The notes beneath the pieces were generated by a model. The model did not search any database and had not been told where the DNA came from. It saw nothing but the letters and a program-made list of their open reading frames with translations. A stretch of 64,000 nucleotides of DNA from Epiperipatus broadwayi (taxonomy: Eukaryota > Animalia > Onychophora), in NCBI GenBank assembly GCA_028023455.1, contig JAQFVV010000003.1, positions 18,042,001-18,106,000 on the forward strand, read 5' to 3'. The translations under genes were made by a program, and so were the position numbers. The first letter of the stretch is position 1. Every line of letters starts with the position of its first letter. Of this stretch, positions 1-13,335 are shown in pieces.

Positions 1-1255
1 GTCTATTATCATCTCTTTTAGAATATGTCCAGCCCAACTCCATTTCAGTCTTTTAAATTTTTTCAATGAGGTCAGTAACACCTGTTTGTTCTCTTACCCA
101 TATATTGCGTTTTAGATCTCTTCTTATTACTCCTAACATGCATCTCTCCATGCTTCTTTGAGTGATCTGAAATCTATATTGCTCTTTTATTAAGTGTCCA
201 AGTCCTGGATCCATGAGTAAGAACTGGTAAAACACATTTATTAAAAAACTTCCTTTTCAAACACATAGGCATATTTCCTTTTAGTATCAAGCTATTTCTA
301 CCAGAAGCACTCAAACCAGGTTTAATGCTGTGATTAATTTTATCCATTATGTTTTCATCTGTATGAATAATCTGACCAAGGTATTTGTAGCTGTTAACTT
401 GTAACTCATCGTAATCAATCTTTATTTTCATATTTTGAGATAATCCATTGAACATTACTTTAGTCTTTTTAACATTTATCTTTAGTCCTACTTTCATCTG
501 ATAACTCCTGAAACAAATGTTGCAGCTCTAAGGCATTATTTGCAAAAGCAACTACATCATCTGTAAAATCTAAATGACTTAAATAACCATTTACTTTCAG
601 TCCTTTAGCTTCCCATTTTAATCCACAAAATACTTCTTGCAACACTGCTGTAAAAAGTTTTGGAGATATGGAATCACCCAGTCTTACACCCTTCTCAATG
701 TTGACTTTCCTAGTATTATTACGTAATCTAATTGTTGCTATTCCATTTTTATAAATATTCTTTAAAATATGCCAATATCCTGGATCTATACCTTGATGAT
801 CCAATGCTTTAATCACTGAAGAAATGTTTATAGAATCAAATGTCTTTTCATAATGCTCAAATCCAAAGTATAATGGCAACTTGTATTCATTTGACCTTTC
901 TATAACTTCTCTCAATACCTGGGTATGATTTACTGTACTAAAACCATTTAAATCCAGTTTGTTCTCTTGGTTGGTGGAAATCCAATGTTCTCTGTAATTG
1001 TCTTGATAAAAATTTTGTGTATAACTGATAAAAAGCTGATAGGTCTGTAATTTTTAATATCTTTATCACCTTTTTTAAATATTAATACTGCATTTTTTCA
1101 ATCATCTGGTACATCTATTTTGCTAAAAAAAAAATTCTATTTCTTAATATGCTTTTAATATATCAATTATAATTCCATCATTACCTGGAGCCTTTCCTTT
1201 CTTCATAAATTTAATTGCATATCTCACTTCATTTAAAATTCTGGGCAATTTGGAA
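1..1255 (-). mobile_element. Decayed RTE-clade non-LTR retrotransposon (LINE) reverse transcriptase region, frameshifted, continuing beyond window start
   Basis: Minus-strand translation gives KAPGNDGI and KKGDKDIKNYRPISF upstream. ORF 469..915 has GVRLGDSISPKLF and HLDFTDD (QGD and FADD-like motifs). ORFs 174..497 and 53..235 have CVLPVLTHGSRTW and TQRSMERCMLG, and KWSWAGHILKRDDNR lies at the edge. These are typical RTE ORF2 motifs, with several frameshifts and stops. Confidence 0.9.
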
Positions 1256-2729
1256 GATATAATGATTTAATATGGGGAATTCTAGTTTTTGCTTATATGA
1301 AAATATATTGTAGCCAGATTACCATTCTACCTAATAAAAATTAAGGAAAATAAAATTTCCAGTTACTTATTAATTAATTGGCCTGTACCTTAAACCAATA
1401 ATCAGAAAAAAATGAAATTCTGCAGGAGTATCATATATTTAAAGTTAAACAAGGCAATGCTACTGAAGGATTGTGCCAGAGTAGCGTGCCAACTAGAAAC
1501 CAAGTTACTTTGATTAAAAGCTGCAGAAACAATTTAATTCTATAGAATTAACACTAAAAAACATTGCAAAGTAACAATCCTGTACATTGGTTATGAAATG
1601 ATATGAGTGTGTGAAAATTATGTTTATGCATGGGGTGATTATAAAATACTTTAATAGTATTTTGTATATATTTAAAAATGTATCATTATTAATGCCAATA
1701 GGTAAAGTGATTATTTTAAAGCAAGCCTGCATCAGCTTATAAGTTTTTTAATCCATATATACAAGAAATCTATAATTAATCCCTACAAGTAGTTATTTCT
1801 TTTATACTGTATATATTTGCTATTGTCAGATCCATATGCAATTTCTTTATTGATTTTCAGGGTGCATTAATATATCTTTAATAGGTGTGTTTATGTTTTC
1901 AAATTTTGAATCTATAAATACAAATGTGTAAACTGAAACCAACTACCCTATAAACTACAGATAAATAATATATATTAGCAAAGAATAAAGTGAATTATTT
2001 TATTCTTTGAATTTTCTGTCTGTAAATTTTTATTTGCTAATATGAATGAAAATTATATATTAGTCTGATTTAAATATGACTATAATCATTTTGAAATTAT
2101 AATTGTTCAAATAAAAACAATATCAATTAACCTTTATAATAGTAATGAAATATCAGTTTGTAAATGTAACTATTAAATACTCTAAATATATATATGATAT
2201 CCAAATAGTAAATACTCATTATCAGCAAAAGATAGTAAATTTACCAATTTTAGTTGGCAATCTTTAGAAGCTTTTACTTGCTAACATTGCTGGAAATTAT
2301 ATATTAGTCTGCTTTAAATTTGGTGCTAATCATTTTGAAATTATAATTGTTCAAATAGAAGATAAAGACTGAATCTCATTTTTAACAACTTCTATAACAG
2401 TAATCAAATGTCAATTTGTAAGTATAAATATCAAATTCACATATCTTAATATATATATAAGATTCAATCTATATCTCTATTTGAACAATTGTAATTTCAA
2501 AGTGATTAATGCTGTGTTTAAATCATTCTATATAATTTACATTCTTAATTTTCAGCATTGTCTGCAAACTATGTATATTTATTTACAAACTGATATTTGA
2601 TTACTGTATAGAAGGTGTTAAAAATAAGATTGAGTTTCTATTGTACCGGTCAAAACATGTTTATCCATCTAACGAGCTGAAACTCACAAAATGTACTTCA
2701 AACCCAGTCAAGCCTGAGATTTAGGTCAG

Positions 2730-2790
2730 GGACCAGCCTGGATTCGAACCCACTCTCTAAGCCCCAGATCTAACACCTAATGGATAACAT
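2730..2790 (-). mobile_element. tRNA-derived SINE head remnant
   Basis: Minus strand has the Pol III B-box GGTTCGAATCC (plus 2740-2750 ggattcgaacc); no intact cloverleaf. Confidence 0.4.
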
Positions 2791-3810
2791 AATAGTGATG
2801 GCACATGAGAATTAATTTTAATGTGACCCAATAGCAAAGCGGAGAAGACAATGAGACATCTATTACTATGACTAAAATAAAATAAAGCATGGCTGTAATA
2901 TGTGGAAGTGGAGAAAAAGGAATTCGAACTACTCAAATAAGTTAGACAATAAAAATATAGTTTAATGTAATGACAAATTATTTACATACATTTATAAATT
3001 AAGTATATACATTAGTATATGCGTGAATGAGCAAGCGGTCTACCAAACGATAGATAATTATATTTTGTCATTCACGCTATATTTCTCATATGCTCTTTAT
3101 TAGCTAAATAATATATTATAAATAAACACACATCTTTGATGAGTCCAATATTAAGATGCCAATCAACTATTAGAAAGAATTACATACAATTGCTATTAAC
3201 GCTTTGGTTTACGGTTCTGAAACATGGTGACTAACATATTACTTCGGGGAGCATTTTGGGATTCATTACAGATTTAAGATAAACTATTTTCACGCCATTA
3301 CGGTCGTGAAAATACATTTGAAAATGGCATTTGATTATATGACAATATTTAATGAAACTTCTGTTAATTAGCGCTGGTAAGAAGAATGCTTTATTTTTCC
3401 CAAGGCAAATGATACTCTTAAATACAGAAATAAGTTAACGATGGTGGGATTGTATAAGACCGAAATAAATTTAATTAATAAAACTAGAAGTAATTGGCAT
3501 TTATATATTTTTAAGCTGAGCGCAATTTCAGTATTCTTACAGCACTAAAACTAGGTCATAAGCAAAAGAAATAATAATAATATGAAGTTTGGGCGGTACT
3601 GACATAATAACTAAGAAAACGGTCGTGCTTCTGGATGAGAACGAAGTGGATAGGCATGCCGTGGTCATCGCCGACATGCAGGCCTTTGATACGAAGAAAG
3701 TGAATGCATAGCGTGTGCCAAATTTACGGGATTACCGCCAGAGGTATTTTTATACGAAATAAATGTTCTGGATAGCTCAACTATCTATGGAACAAGATAT
3801 GAGAAGAAAT

Positions 3811-3858
3811 CTATGGGTTTGAACTTGTAACCCCCAGATTAGAAGACTAGAAGCACGT
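3811..3858 (-). mobile_element. Degenerate tRNA-like (Arg-TCT-like) SINE or pseudo-tRNA fragment
   Basis: Minus strand reads tagtcttctaatctgggggttacaagttcaaaccc, resembling an anticodon loop CTTCTAAT followed by a decayed T-arm/B-box. Confidence 0.3.
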
Positions 3859-6800
3859 AATATATATAAATATGAAGATAAGGCCATGTGTCAGTAACGC
3901 GGTACGGGTAAATGTCACTAATGACATTGAATAAGATTTACTGCTTTAAAATGAATGACCCTTATTTGAATGCCATAATTTAGACAAATAATATGTTATG
4001 CAGTTATATATAGAGAGATGGATTTCCTTAAATAAAATATACGTTAAGATTTTACTTAGTAAAAGAAACTTTAAGATTTACCCCCATCCCATTTTCTGCT
4101 ATTTTAAATAAATCAATCCCACCTTCATTGATTTTACAATAACTGGAATATATAAGTACTGTATTTGATATTTTAAGAGTAAATAAAAAAAAAGACTAAC
4201 AGTTATATAGAATAACAACATAAATAAGGTTTCAAAGCATTAATTAGCTTGAATTCTGGATTCACCCCGGGTAGAAAATCCAGTGTTAAGCATATATATA
4301 TATATTAAAGCATAAACAAAATGTTGATGTAAAAACAATCTGGCGAGTGTATTAATTAATAACGCATTATATTTTAAAGGGATGTTAATCTTGATTCAGG
4401 AAGGTTTACTTAAAAAAAAAAGATTTTAAAAATTCAACTCGTCAGATTGTTTGTAATTGGCATATAAATAATAACTAAAATAGACATATAAAATTAAGTG
4501 ATAAATAAATGACCGCACCAAAATTAAAGAAAATGAGCATATGAGGGAAAATTTGATTTATAGAAATTATTTAAGCAAATTACATTTTAGAAAAGTTACA
4601 AAATTAAATTATACATTAAGATAAATTGATAGTAGAGTTTGAGACTAGTTAGGCAAGCTAGATTTAGTTTCAATGGTGGTGGTTTGAAATAATTTACTTT
4701 GCACTATTTTAAGAGTTCATATTTAAAAGTCCAGCTCGTGCATGGCAGTTCTTATGTGACAGCAAGCTTCTATTTAGCATTCCAAAATTCTCCATCGGGC
4801 TTTTACTTCATTTCACAGGAGCATAATGACATGGTGGTGGCAGATGATGACCCATTAGGGCCAAGAGGTGATGAGCTTTCTATGCTTACGTTTCAAAACA
4901 GCTTGGATTCAGCTAACTGTATCGTTCTCTCAATAGTAGCTTATCTCTCTGATTTAAAACCCGATCATTTTATATTCTCCCAGATGTTTTTGGAATGATT
5001 TTAATCACTTAGTTTTAGCTTTACAATCTAATCTATGATCTTAAAATTCTTACTTTTCTTTATCGATTGTTTTTGAAGATGCAACAGTAAGATAACGTCC
5101 AAAAATAAATTCAAATCTATTTCCAGATTAGAAATAGATTTGACAAAAATGTTTATAATAAAAGAAAATCTTAATCCCATTTTAATAAAAACTAATTAAA
5201 AATACCTTCCCCAGATTAAAACAATAGTGTTCCCAACCCTTTAATTATTTTTCACAATCAACTGTAGCATCTTCCATATTGGATTTTACAAAATATACAG
5301 TTTAAAAGAAAAAAATACTTTAAAAAAAAAAAGTTGTACAAATGACATATAATAAAATATTTACAAAAAAATCAATATTTTTTTAGTATTTTGCTCCTAT
5401 ATATATATTTGAGCCGTACCTATGTATTTTAATAAAAAGAATTAATAATGATAAAAATGTTAATTTAAAAGTTAAAATTTTATAATGTAAGTGCGCATCT
5501 CAAATGTATTCTTAAAATATACATACACGTCAAAAGGAGAGGGATGGGATATAGGGTTTAAACACAGGTTAGGAGATGGAACTATGAAGCTCAATCTTAA
5601 GCTAAGATTGACTGCTTCACTATTTATTTGAATAATTGTAATTTCAAAATGATTAATGCCATATTTAAATATGCTAATGTATCATTTCCAGCAATGTCTG
5701 CAAACAAAAAGTTGAAAACTGAAAGAATAGATTTTTTTATTTATCAATTGTTGGTTGTGTTGTTTATCCATAGCTTATGGGGGAATTGTTTCACTTTTGT
5801 TTAAATTTAAGATTGAATTTTGTTTAAATGACTTTAAAAATGTGGAAGGAGGACTCAAAAGAGTTACTGATAATTAGATCAGTGATAAATATTAGGTAAA
5901 TGAAATTCATAGAACCAAGGTAGTGAGTTTAAACATATACTTTTGGTCTATATAAATGAGTAGTTATGCATAAAATAGACTGGAACTAGACTGAATGAAG
6001 GTTGGTGGATGATTTCTATTATTGCCAAGTAATAGAGACATTTCATTTATAACATTTTAATAAATATAACAGAATAACTTCTTAGTGCAGATTTTGCAGT
6101 TAACAGATGTGATTTGGAGCTGATATGGGAAAAGTGTTTGTGCATAATGTACATCACACAGGAAAGCAAAAGAGTTGCAAGCAATCTATTTGGTTTTCAG
6201 TAAAAGGAGTTATTCCTAAAACAATACATAGCATCCCTTATTAAAAATACAACATATTTATAATGAGTTACTAAGTCGGGTGTGGAATGGATAATAAATT
6301 ACTACAACACTATCCTTTATAAAATATAAATGTCCTGTTTGAAATAACCTTGTTCATGTTCACACATACTTAAATGAACTGGAAATATTTTTTCTTGGTA
6401 AACCCATGGTTCACTGTATGCTAGGTGTCTTAAGCAAAAATTTAGAATTTGCATGTAAGTGAAATACATTTGGAATAAAATATTCAACATAAATTTTAGA
6501 AAATTGAATATAAAATAAATATAGCCAACATACACTTTAATATATATTAATTATTATCTAGCAAGTATTTTAGATAGCATGTGAAGGTCTACAGATTCCA
6601 CTTTTATGAATAAACACATTGGGATAATATTAAATAAAATACATAAAGTATTAAATTATTAAAAACTTAAGATGAATGAGGGAAGAAAATTACAAATTAT
6701 TTTGCATCTAAATAATGGATGTTAATAAGAATAATAATTGTACAATATAATCCCATAATAAAAAGAGTGGAAGTTAATTAAGTTAGTCAAAATTTTGTTA

Positions 6801-8540
6801 GTAGCAATCTAGATGGAATATAGAAAACTCCTGTGATGGAGATAGAATGTGCTTATATTAAATCTCTAAAATTATGCTTTGATAGTAAATTAATTTTCTC
6901 TTATTTTGTTAGTGCATCATTGGTTAATCATAAGCTTGAAGGAAATAATGTTCTGCCAGAAAATTTGCATACTTCCTCATTGAGAAGGCATTTTCTTGAT
7001 GGTTACAATAGTAAATATTACCATCATAGCAAAATATAACAATCTATTTTATCTTCATTCTACTAAACTAAAAAGATTAATGAGGGTGTGCTCACAGTCA
7101 TCATCAATGATTAGATACTTCTGTTCATTGCTCACTGCACAATGGCCACACCATCTCATATCAATAGCATAGTTCTGCTGTGAAACATTTCATGGCATCT
7201 ATCAATACAATACATATTAAATCTTGCAATAATATTTTTTAAACAATGAGTTGTATGTTGTAATGAATATATTTATAAGCGTATATATAGATAGTAAGGC
7301 ATTATATATATATATATAATACAGTCTGTATAAAAAAAATGTTTAATGTCATTTTCATTACTTTATCTAAGATCGTTGATTCACTGATAAGAAAGGTTTA
7401 TGTGCACAGTAACTTGGCTTAACTAGATTACGAAGTAGATTAAAATGAAACCACTGAATCAACGATCTTGGAGAAAAGAATGAAAATGATATAGAAGCTA
7501 AGTGTCCAAATGGAAAAGCGTTAAAGATGTCTAAATGAAAAAAAAAAAATTGGAGCTCGTGAGAATATATAGTGGATGAATGTATAACTAGTTTTAAGTA
7601 TCACAAGGCCATGTTTTTAAAAACTTTGGTCACTTAAAAACAATGAAAATGTGCTGAAGCCATGAAGATTAGCATTTTAACACATTTAGGTACAAGCACT
7701 AAAGCGTTTTACCATTCTGGGATTAGTATTTTAGTTTATATGAAAGCTTAAATAGTTTCAATGGTAATGTTTGAAAGATGCGGAGGACAACCTTTTTGGA
7801 GATGAATGTACAGCATGAATAGGTAGACCAGATAATCATCCGATTGCTGCTAGTGGGAAGAATGCAACAGATCTTAAGAATGCTTACAAGTATAAAGATC
7901 TTAAGAATGCTTAGCAAAAATGTGAAAGGAAAATTAAAGGAGTTTTTGTTTTTGGGAAAAAATATTGTTATTTACTAATTATATAAAATAAAAACTAGTG
8001 GCGGGAGGGGGGGAATCTTTATAAATATTAACATTTTATTTGTTCTTAATGCAGAAAGATCTAACAGATATTTTGCTATAATAAATAAATTATTTACTTA
8101 AGATATCAATCACCAATTGAACGCCACAATTTTATTTATTTGATAATAATAATAAAAAAGTACAATTATTTTTTGCAAGAGGAAGGAACTTGACTACAGA
8201 GGACTCGTGGTGCAAGAATTAATTTAGTGCCTCAATATATAAAAAATATAATTATGGTCAACGAAGCATAGAGCATTAGTAGAAAGCATTGTTTTTAGAA
8301 AGATATAATGGTAAACAGAAATGTTGAAAAGGATAAGACTTTTAAATGAACTAATTTTTTCAATGACTAATAATATAGATTGTAAAAGAATTTGATTTCA
8401 ACTAATTGAATTATTTCAAAGAAAAATTTATTACATAAGACTTCGAACTCAGACTTTCACACGACACACAACTCTCAGTGCCATCTTATATTGCTGATTC
8501 ACCTAATCACACACATGTTGAAAAGATAAATAATCATTAA

Positions 8541-8580
8541 TATACGTATTTTGTGCTAAACCAGCACTCATCAGTTGGTC
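8541..8580 (-). ncRNA. Decayed type I hammerhead ribozyme motif (family 2, relative of 50706-50747)
   Basis: Minus strand: accaa CTGATGA GTGCT ggttt AGCAC AAAA tacgta ta. GAAA is mutated to AAAA and the stem I 3' strand is lost. Flanks of about 40 nt on each side resemble the 50.7-kb copy. Confidence 0.6.
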
Positions 8581-9691
8581 CAGATTACCATCTCCACACA
8601 TGCTTTATATTAAGATAGCCAATCTTCATACTTTAATGGACAAGCTTCAAACTACTCCAACCCACAACTCTTCAGTCTTCCATTTCATTGAAAATCTAAT
8701 GATGGAATGTTGTATTAATTTACATAAGATTTTATAATTTATTAATCTTGAGGTGATAAAAGTTAAAATTATGGACGAATTATTTAATTTTGCCTTATAT
8801 GAAATTAAAATGAGAATAATAATCATAAAAGCTTTTTGTAAGGTCTATAGTGGACTTTGTGTTCAAGTGTATAAGTGTTATGAGATAGAGTGGTGGATCA
8901 TGTGAAACTCTGCTCATATACCCTATATTGCATACAATACAATGTGTTTTTTTTTTCACTCTTATGTTTTGATAGAAAAGGTATTTTGAGACTAATTTTA
9001 TTATTTATTGAGAGTGAGACTCCGTTTGTTGAAATATATATTTTTAATTACAAACAGGGAGAGTTATAGTACGTTTGAAGGGAAGAGCGATTAGAATTTG
9101 TGTAGCTTGGAAAAGTATTAGAAATGATTAAATCAGAACGCTCTATTTTTTTTCTATAGTTCCAATACATTTAATTATAAAGGAAAACTATTAATTGAAT
9201 TATTTCACTTAATGTGGTTATATCAACAATTTCTCTTAATTTTGATATCTTTCATATTTTTAGAAAAAAAATCATGCTAAATGGAAAATTTATTTTTAAA
9301 AATTCTATCTTGTAAAATTCAGTAGCTCGTCCCAAATAGTATAAATTACAATAATTTACAGTACAAAGACCAGAGATATTTTTTTTTAATCTTTTGAATC
9401 ATACTTCTATTAATCTTAGCTTGGACTAATCGAAAGTCCAATTAAATTTGATCCTTTTCTCTAGGTACTAGTGTAGAGAAAGATCATGGTCCATATGTAT
9501 AAGAGATATTGACCCAAATTGTTCATGTTTCAAATCATAATGTTCTAGAATCATATACTAATATTCTTTTTGTTATAGCAATATCTACCCGGAAAGACTT
9601 TTAGCATCTTTTCCTAATCTATTGACATTTCTGCAAAATGCACAACTAACCCCCACATACTAATACAAAAACAAAAAATATTTTTTCTTCT

Positions 9692-9908
9692 AAACATCAC
9701 ATGACCACCATTTCTTATGCTTGTGCATAACTGTTATTAAAACAGGCAAAACTCTTCATACAGTAGTGCCACTCAGTATGAAGGTCACAAGCCAGAAACT
9801 AATCTGAGGATATTGGATGAGTAGGCACTAGATGGAGAATTTATGCATAAGCCTTCTGGCATCCATTGATTACTCTGGCTAGCAATGTATGGAGAGTTTT
9901 GCCTGTTT
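9692..9908. mobile_element. HHR repeat family 1, locus A: antisense arm 9692-9777 plus sense arm 9778-9908 (head-to-head)
   Basis: The left arm is the reverse complement of the family tail (aaacatcacatgacc...gcaaaactcttcatacagtagtgcc). The right arm starts inside the HHR core (atgaaggtcacaagccagaaactaatctgagg) and ends ggagagttttgcctgttt. Confidence 0.85.
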
Positions 9909-10572
9909 AATTTTTTTTTTTTCCGCGGATTGCATTCCACTAGAGATATTACGTGGTTATCTTAACAAAAAAAAAAAAAGGATAAAAAATGTTTTTATTC
10001 AACACTTACATGTAGCTATTATTGACGTACATTCAAAAAAAAAAAAAAATTAATACTTTTAACAATATTCTATAATCAAAAAAAAAAAAACATTCAACAG
10101 AAAATTCTATTAAAGAAACATTTACATATTTGAGAGAAATAATGTATTTATTATTTAAACATATAGCATTTCTTCCAGATATGAAGACAATGACAGAAAA
10201 AGAAAGACAGACAAAAAAAAAAAACAATAACGAATATACATACTTTTAGGAGTGAGTATAATCTCAGAGGTGCATTTCTATATATTAATTAATACACACA
10301 TAATATAGGATCATAGGTAAGAAATGATCCTATAACAAACATATTACTAATATGAGACAGATCTATTTCTGTTTTCTTGAAATAAATATATTAGTTTTCA
10401 AAATTAGAAAAAAAAATTCAAACAAATAAAAGAAACAGATGTTTATATAAAAGAATTTGAGATTAAATATTTTTAAAAATCTAAACACAAACCAATATTG
10501 TTCAGAAATATATACCGAATGTTTACTATAGTAAATAGAGGAATTTGAACTTAGGATTTTCATTATATAATG

Positions 10573-11110
10573 AAACATCACATGACCATTTTTTATACTT
10601 ACATAATCTGTTAAAACAATAACAACTCTCCATAGTAGATAGGGATTTTGATGCCCAAACCTAACATCCATTTATTACTATAGCTTGCACTAGGTAGCAC
10701 TATAGTATGGAGAGAGTTGCTATTGTTTTAACAGTGTGTAAGCATAAGAAATGTTTATCATGTGATGTTTTAGTGGTTCAGTACCAACCATAAGCAAAGG
10801 ATATTGTTGACTATGGTTACTGAAAACTAAAGACAATATATATATATATATACTGAACTGGGTTCAGATCTGTATAACTATAACTATACAAGCAAATTTG
10901 TTTGGATTGAAAACATTGCTATGTTTTTAGTTTGGGCTCATACATAGCTTTATAGTTAACTAAAAAGTCTCTGCTGAAAGGGTGCATTAGGTCCAAAGAT
11001 CTTTATGTATTGCTCTGATTCAAGGCTCCTCACTGATGAAAGCCCTATAAATAAGAACTTTATAGTTCTAGCATCCAGATGGCACTATCATATGAGAGTG
11101 GTTGCTACTC
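10573..11110. mobile_element. HHR repeat family 1, locus B: inverted tail 10573-10637 plus diverged sense unit with partly deleted HHR
   Basis: aaacatcacatgacc...caactctccatagta is followed by a sense unit containing catgtgatgttt, ctgaactgggttcag and aaggctcctcactgatgaaagcc. Confidence 0.75.
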
Positions 11111-11350
11111 TTATTAAATAATTATTATTTTATAATCATATTATTTTAAAAAAATAAAACAAAATAATTGCATTGATTTTATTAATGTAAATATATACAA
11201 AATTATAAAGAAAATAAATTAGTACATACAAAAAAGATACGCATATCATGAATAGTTAACTAATTAGATATTGCTAATACACACAGAGAATATAATAATA
11301 AAAATTTGTTCTAAATAATAAATTATTAGAAATGTACTTCTTAAAAAAAA

Positions 11351-11842
11351 GCAAGCATAAGAAATTGTGATCGTGCGAGGTTTAGTAGTTTAATACCAAT
11401 CCTGCCTAATAAAATAGTAGTGGCTATGGTTATTAAAGAACCAAAAACAGCAAAATGTATGGGTACTGAACTGAGTTCAGACTTATATGATTAAATAAAC
11501 TAATGACCTTGGATTGAAAATATTATGTTTTAAATTTGAGACTCATAGTCTTGTAGTTAAATAAAGATAAAAGGTGGCTGCTGGAGGGTTGGATTAGATT
11601 CTAAGATCTAGATGCAGTGCTATCAGATTCAAGGCTCCTCACTTATGAAAACAATAAGTTAGAAACTAGTCTGGCGATATTATATGAATAGGCTCTAGAT
11701 AGGAATTTTATGCACAAACCTTCCTGCATACATTGATAACTCTGGCTTGCACTGAGTGGCACTTTTGTATGGAGAGTTTTGCCTGTTTCAACAGCTTGAG
11801 CAAGCATTAGAAATGGTGATCATGTGATGTTTAGTGGTTTAA
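11351..11842 (+). mobile_element. HHR repeat family 1, locus C: 1.1 monomers in direct tandem (period 449 nt)
   Basis: Starts gcaagcataagaaattgtgatcgtgcgaggtttagtagtttaa (11351) and ends with the same block, gcaagcattagaaatggtgatcatgtgatgtttagtggtttaa (11800). HHR-like ctcctcacttatgaaaacaataagttagaaactagtctggcg lies at about 11635-11678. Confidence 0.85.
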
Positions 11843-11849
11843 TATATTT

Positions 11850-12580
11850 TAAGTAGTAAGGATTTTTTTATCCTAACACATGCACTGTACTGGTTTTTTT
11901 TTTATAATATCTCATAATGTCTTGTTGAATATTGAGGAAACTAAGGGACAAGATAGAGACTTTTGAAAGACAAAAGAGGCCATCTTATCTTTAAATTTGC
12001 TTTCTAAGTATATAGGCCAATCTAAAGCATCTCAGTTTAAGAGCATGAAGATGTTTCTCTATTCACTTTGCTTTCATTATTTTCTTGCATATTAACTCTC
12101 ACAAAATCTTTAGATTATTTACTTATTAATATTTTTAGCAGTAAGGATTTTTTATCCCAACACATGGAAACTCTTGAACTAAACCACAAGATAGAGACTT
12201 TTGAAAAGTCAAGAGTGGGTATCTTATCTTTGAATCTATTTTCTAATTATATAAACCAATCTAAAGCATGCCAGTTTAAGAGCATGAAGATGTTTCTATG
12301 TTCACTTTACTTCCATTATTTTCTTTCTGCATATTAGCTCTTGTGAAATCTTTAAATTTATTATACATTATTTCTGAATATTAATATGTAGTAAATCTAA
12401 AGATTTCATGAAAGATAATATGCAGAAAGAAAATAATGAAAGTAAAGTAATCTTCACACTCTTAAACTGAATTGCCTTAGATTGGTCTATATAATTAGAA
12501 AGTGAGTTTGAAGATGACAGTTACTCTTGGCTTTTCAAAAATCTCTATCTTGTGTCTTAGTTCAAGAGTTTCCTCAATAC
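11850..12580. repeat. Tandem duplication (about 285-nt period) followed by an inverted third copy
   Basis: The block ggaaact...caagatagagacttttgaaa...ccaatctaaagcat...gtttaagagcatgaagatgtttc occurs at about 11935 and 12166 on plus, and as reverse complement at 12395-12573. Identity is roughly 80% by eye. Confidence 0.85.
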
Positions 12581-12746
12581 AGCAGATGCTTTACTGCTTA
12601 ATTACATACGATCTCTGCTAATAAATAAAATTAAATACACCCGGGTCTCGTTTTATGCGGATTTATTTAATGCGATTTTGAAGTTATGTGATTCATGTTT
12701 CTTTTTAATATCTTTGTATGTGTTTTTCTTTTATGCGATAAAAAAT

Positions 12747-12864
12747 ATTAGATCAGAAATCAAACTCCAATAATGCACTATTACTTTAAATATTATAAAT
12801 TTTGCGCACTCACACATCATATTTAAAGTAATAGCACATTATCGGAGTTCGATTTCCATCTAAT
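12747..12864. repeat. Imperfect 46-bp inverted repeat with 25-nt loop (hairpin)
   Basis: attagatcagaaatcaaactccaataatgcactattactttaaatat (12747-12793) versus atatttaaagtaatagcacattatcggagttcgatttccatctaat (12819-12864). Confidence 0.85.
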
Positions 12865-13142
12865 AATTTCAATATTTTCAGCACTTTATAATAGTACTAT
12901 AATAGATTTTATGCAATAAAGAAGTTCATAATTCACTTAAAATCAGAATTTTCACATTTTATATACACACATTAAATTTTACAAGATTATAATGTAAATC
13001 TGTTCAAATGTTATAGATGCATATATTATGCATGTTGTTGTTTTTGCATTTTAAATCACATTCTATTTTTGCTTTTTAAAAAAAGAGTACACAATCAATT
13101 AATCATTTAGTGTCTGCAAGTTTATTTTTAAAAGGTGAGTAA

Positions 13143-13335
13143 CAGCGGTGGGCACAATTAAATTTGACAATTAAAAATTAAAATCTGATTTTTAATTGTA
13201 ATTAACAATTTAAAAATTACGTAATGTGATGTGAAACAACGAAATTTGATTTATAAACGGAATTGAAAATTAAAAAATTAAAGACAAAAATTTAATTTTT
13301 AATTGTTAGTTTTAATTAAATTTTGCCCAACAGTG
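13143..13335. mobile_element. Possible MITE with imperfect terminal inverted repeats
   Basis: Left end cagcggtgggcacaattaaa...acaattaaaaattaaa; the right end reverse complement is cactgttgggcaaaatttaa...acaattaaaaattaaa. No coding capacity. Confidence 0.45.

Noticed and set aside
2630-2690. ggtcaaaacatgtt and ctaacgagctgaaac as hammerhead remnants
   Set aside because: Core elements are in incompatible order or too mutated, and stems cannot be built.
4699-4998. 99-aa ORF with an internal acceptor-like tttcacag at about 4818
   Set aside because: No recognisable domain and no convincing donor; cannot be supported as an exon.
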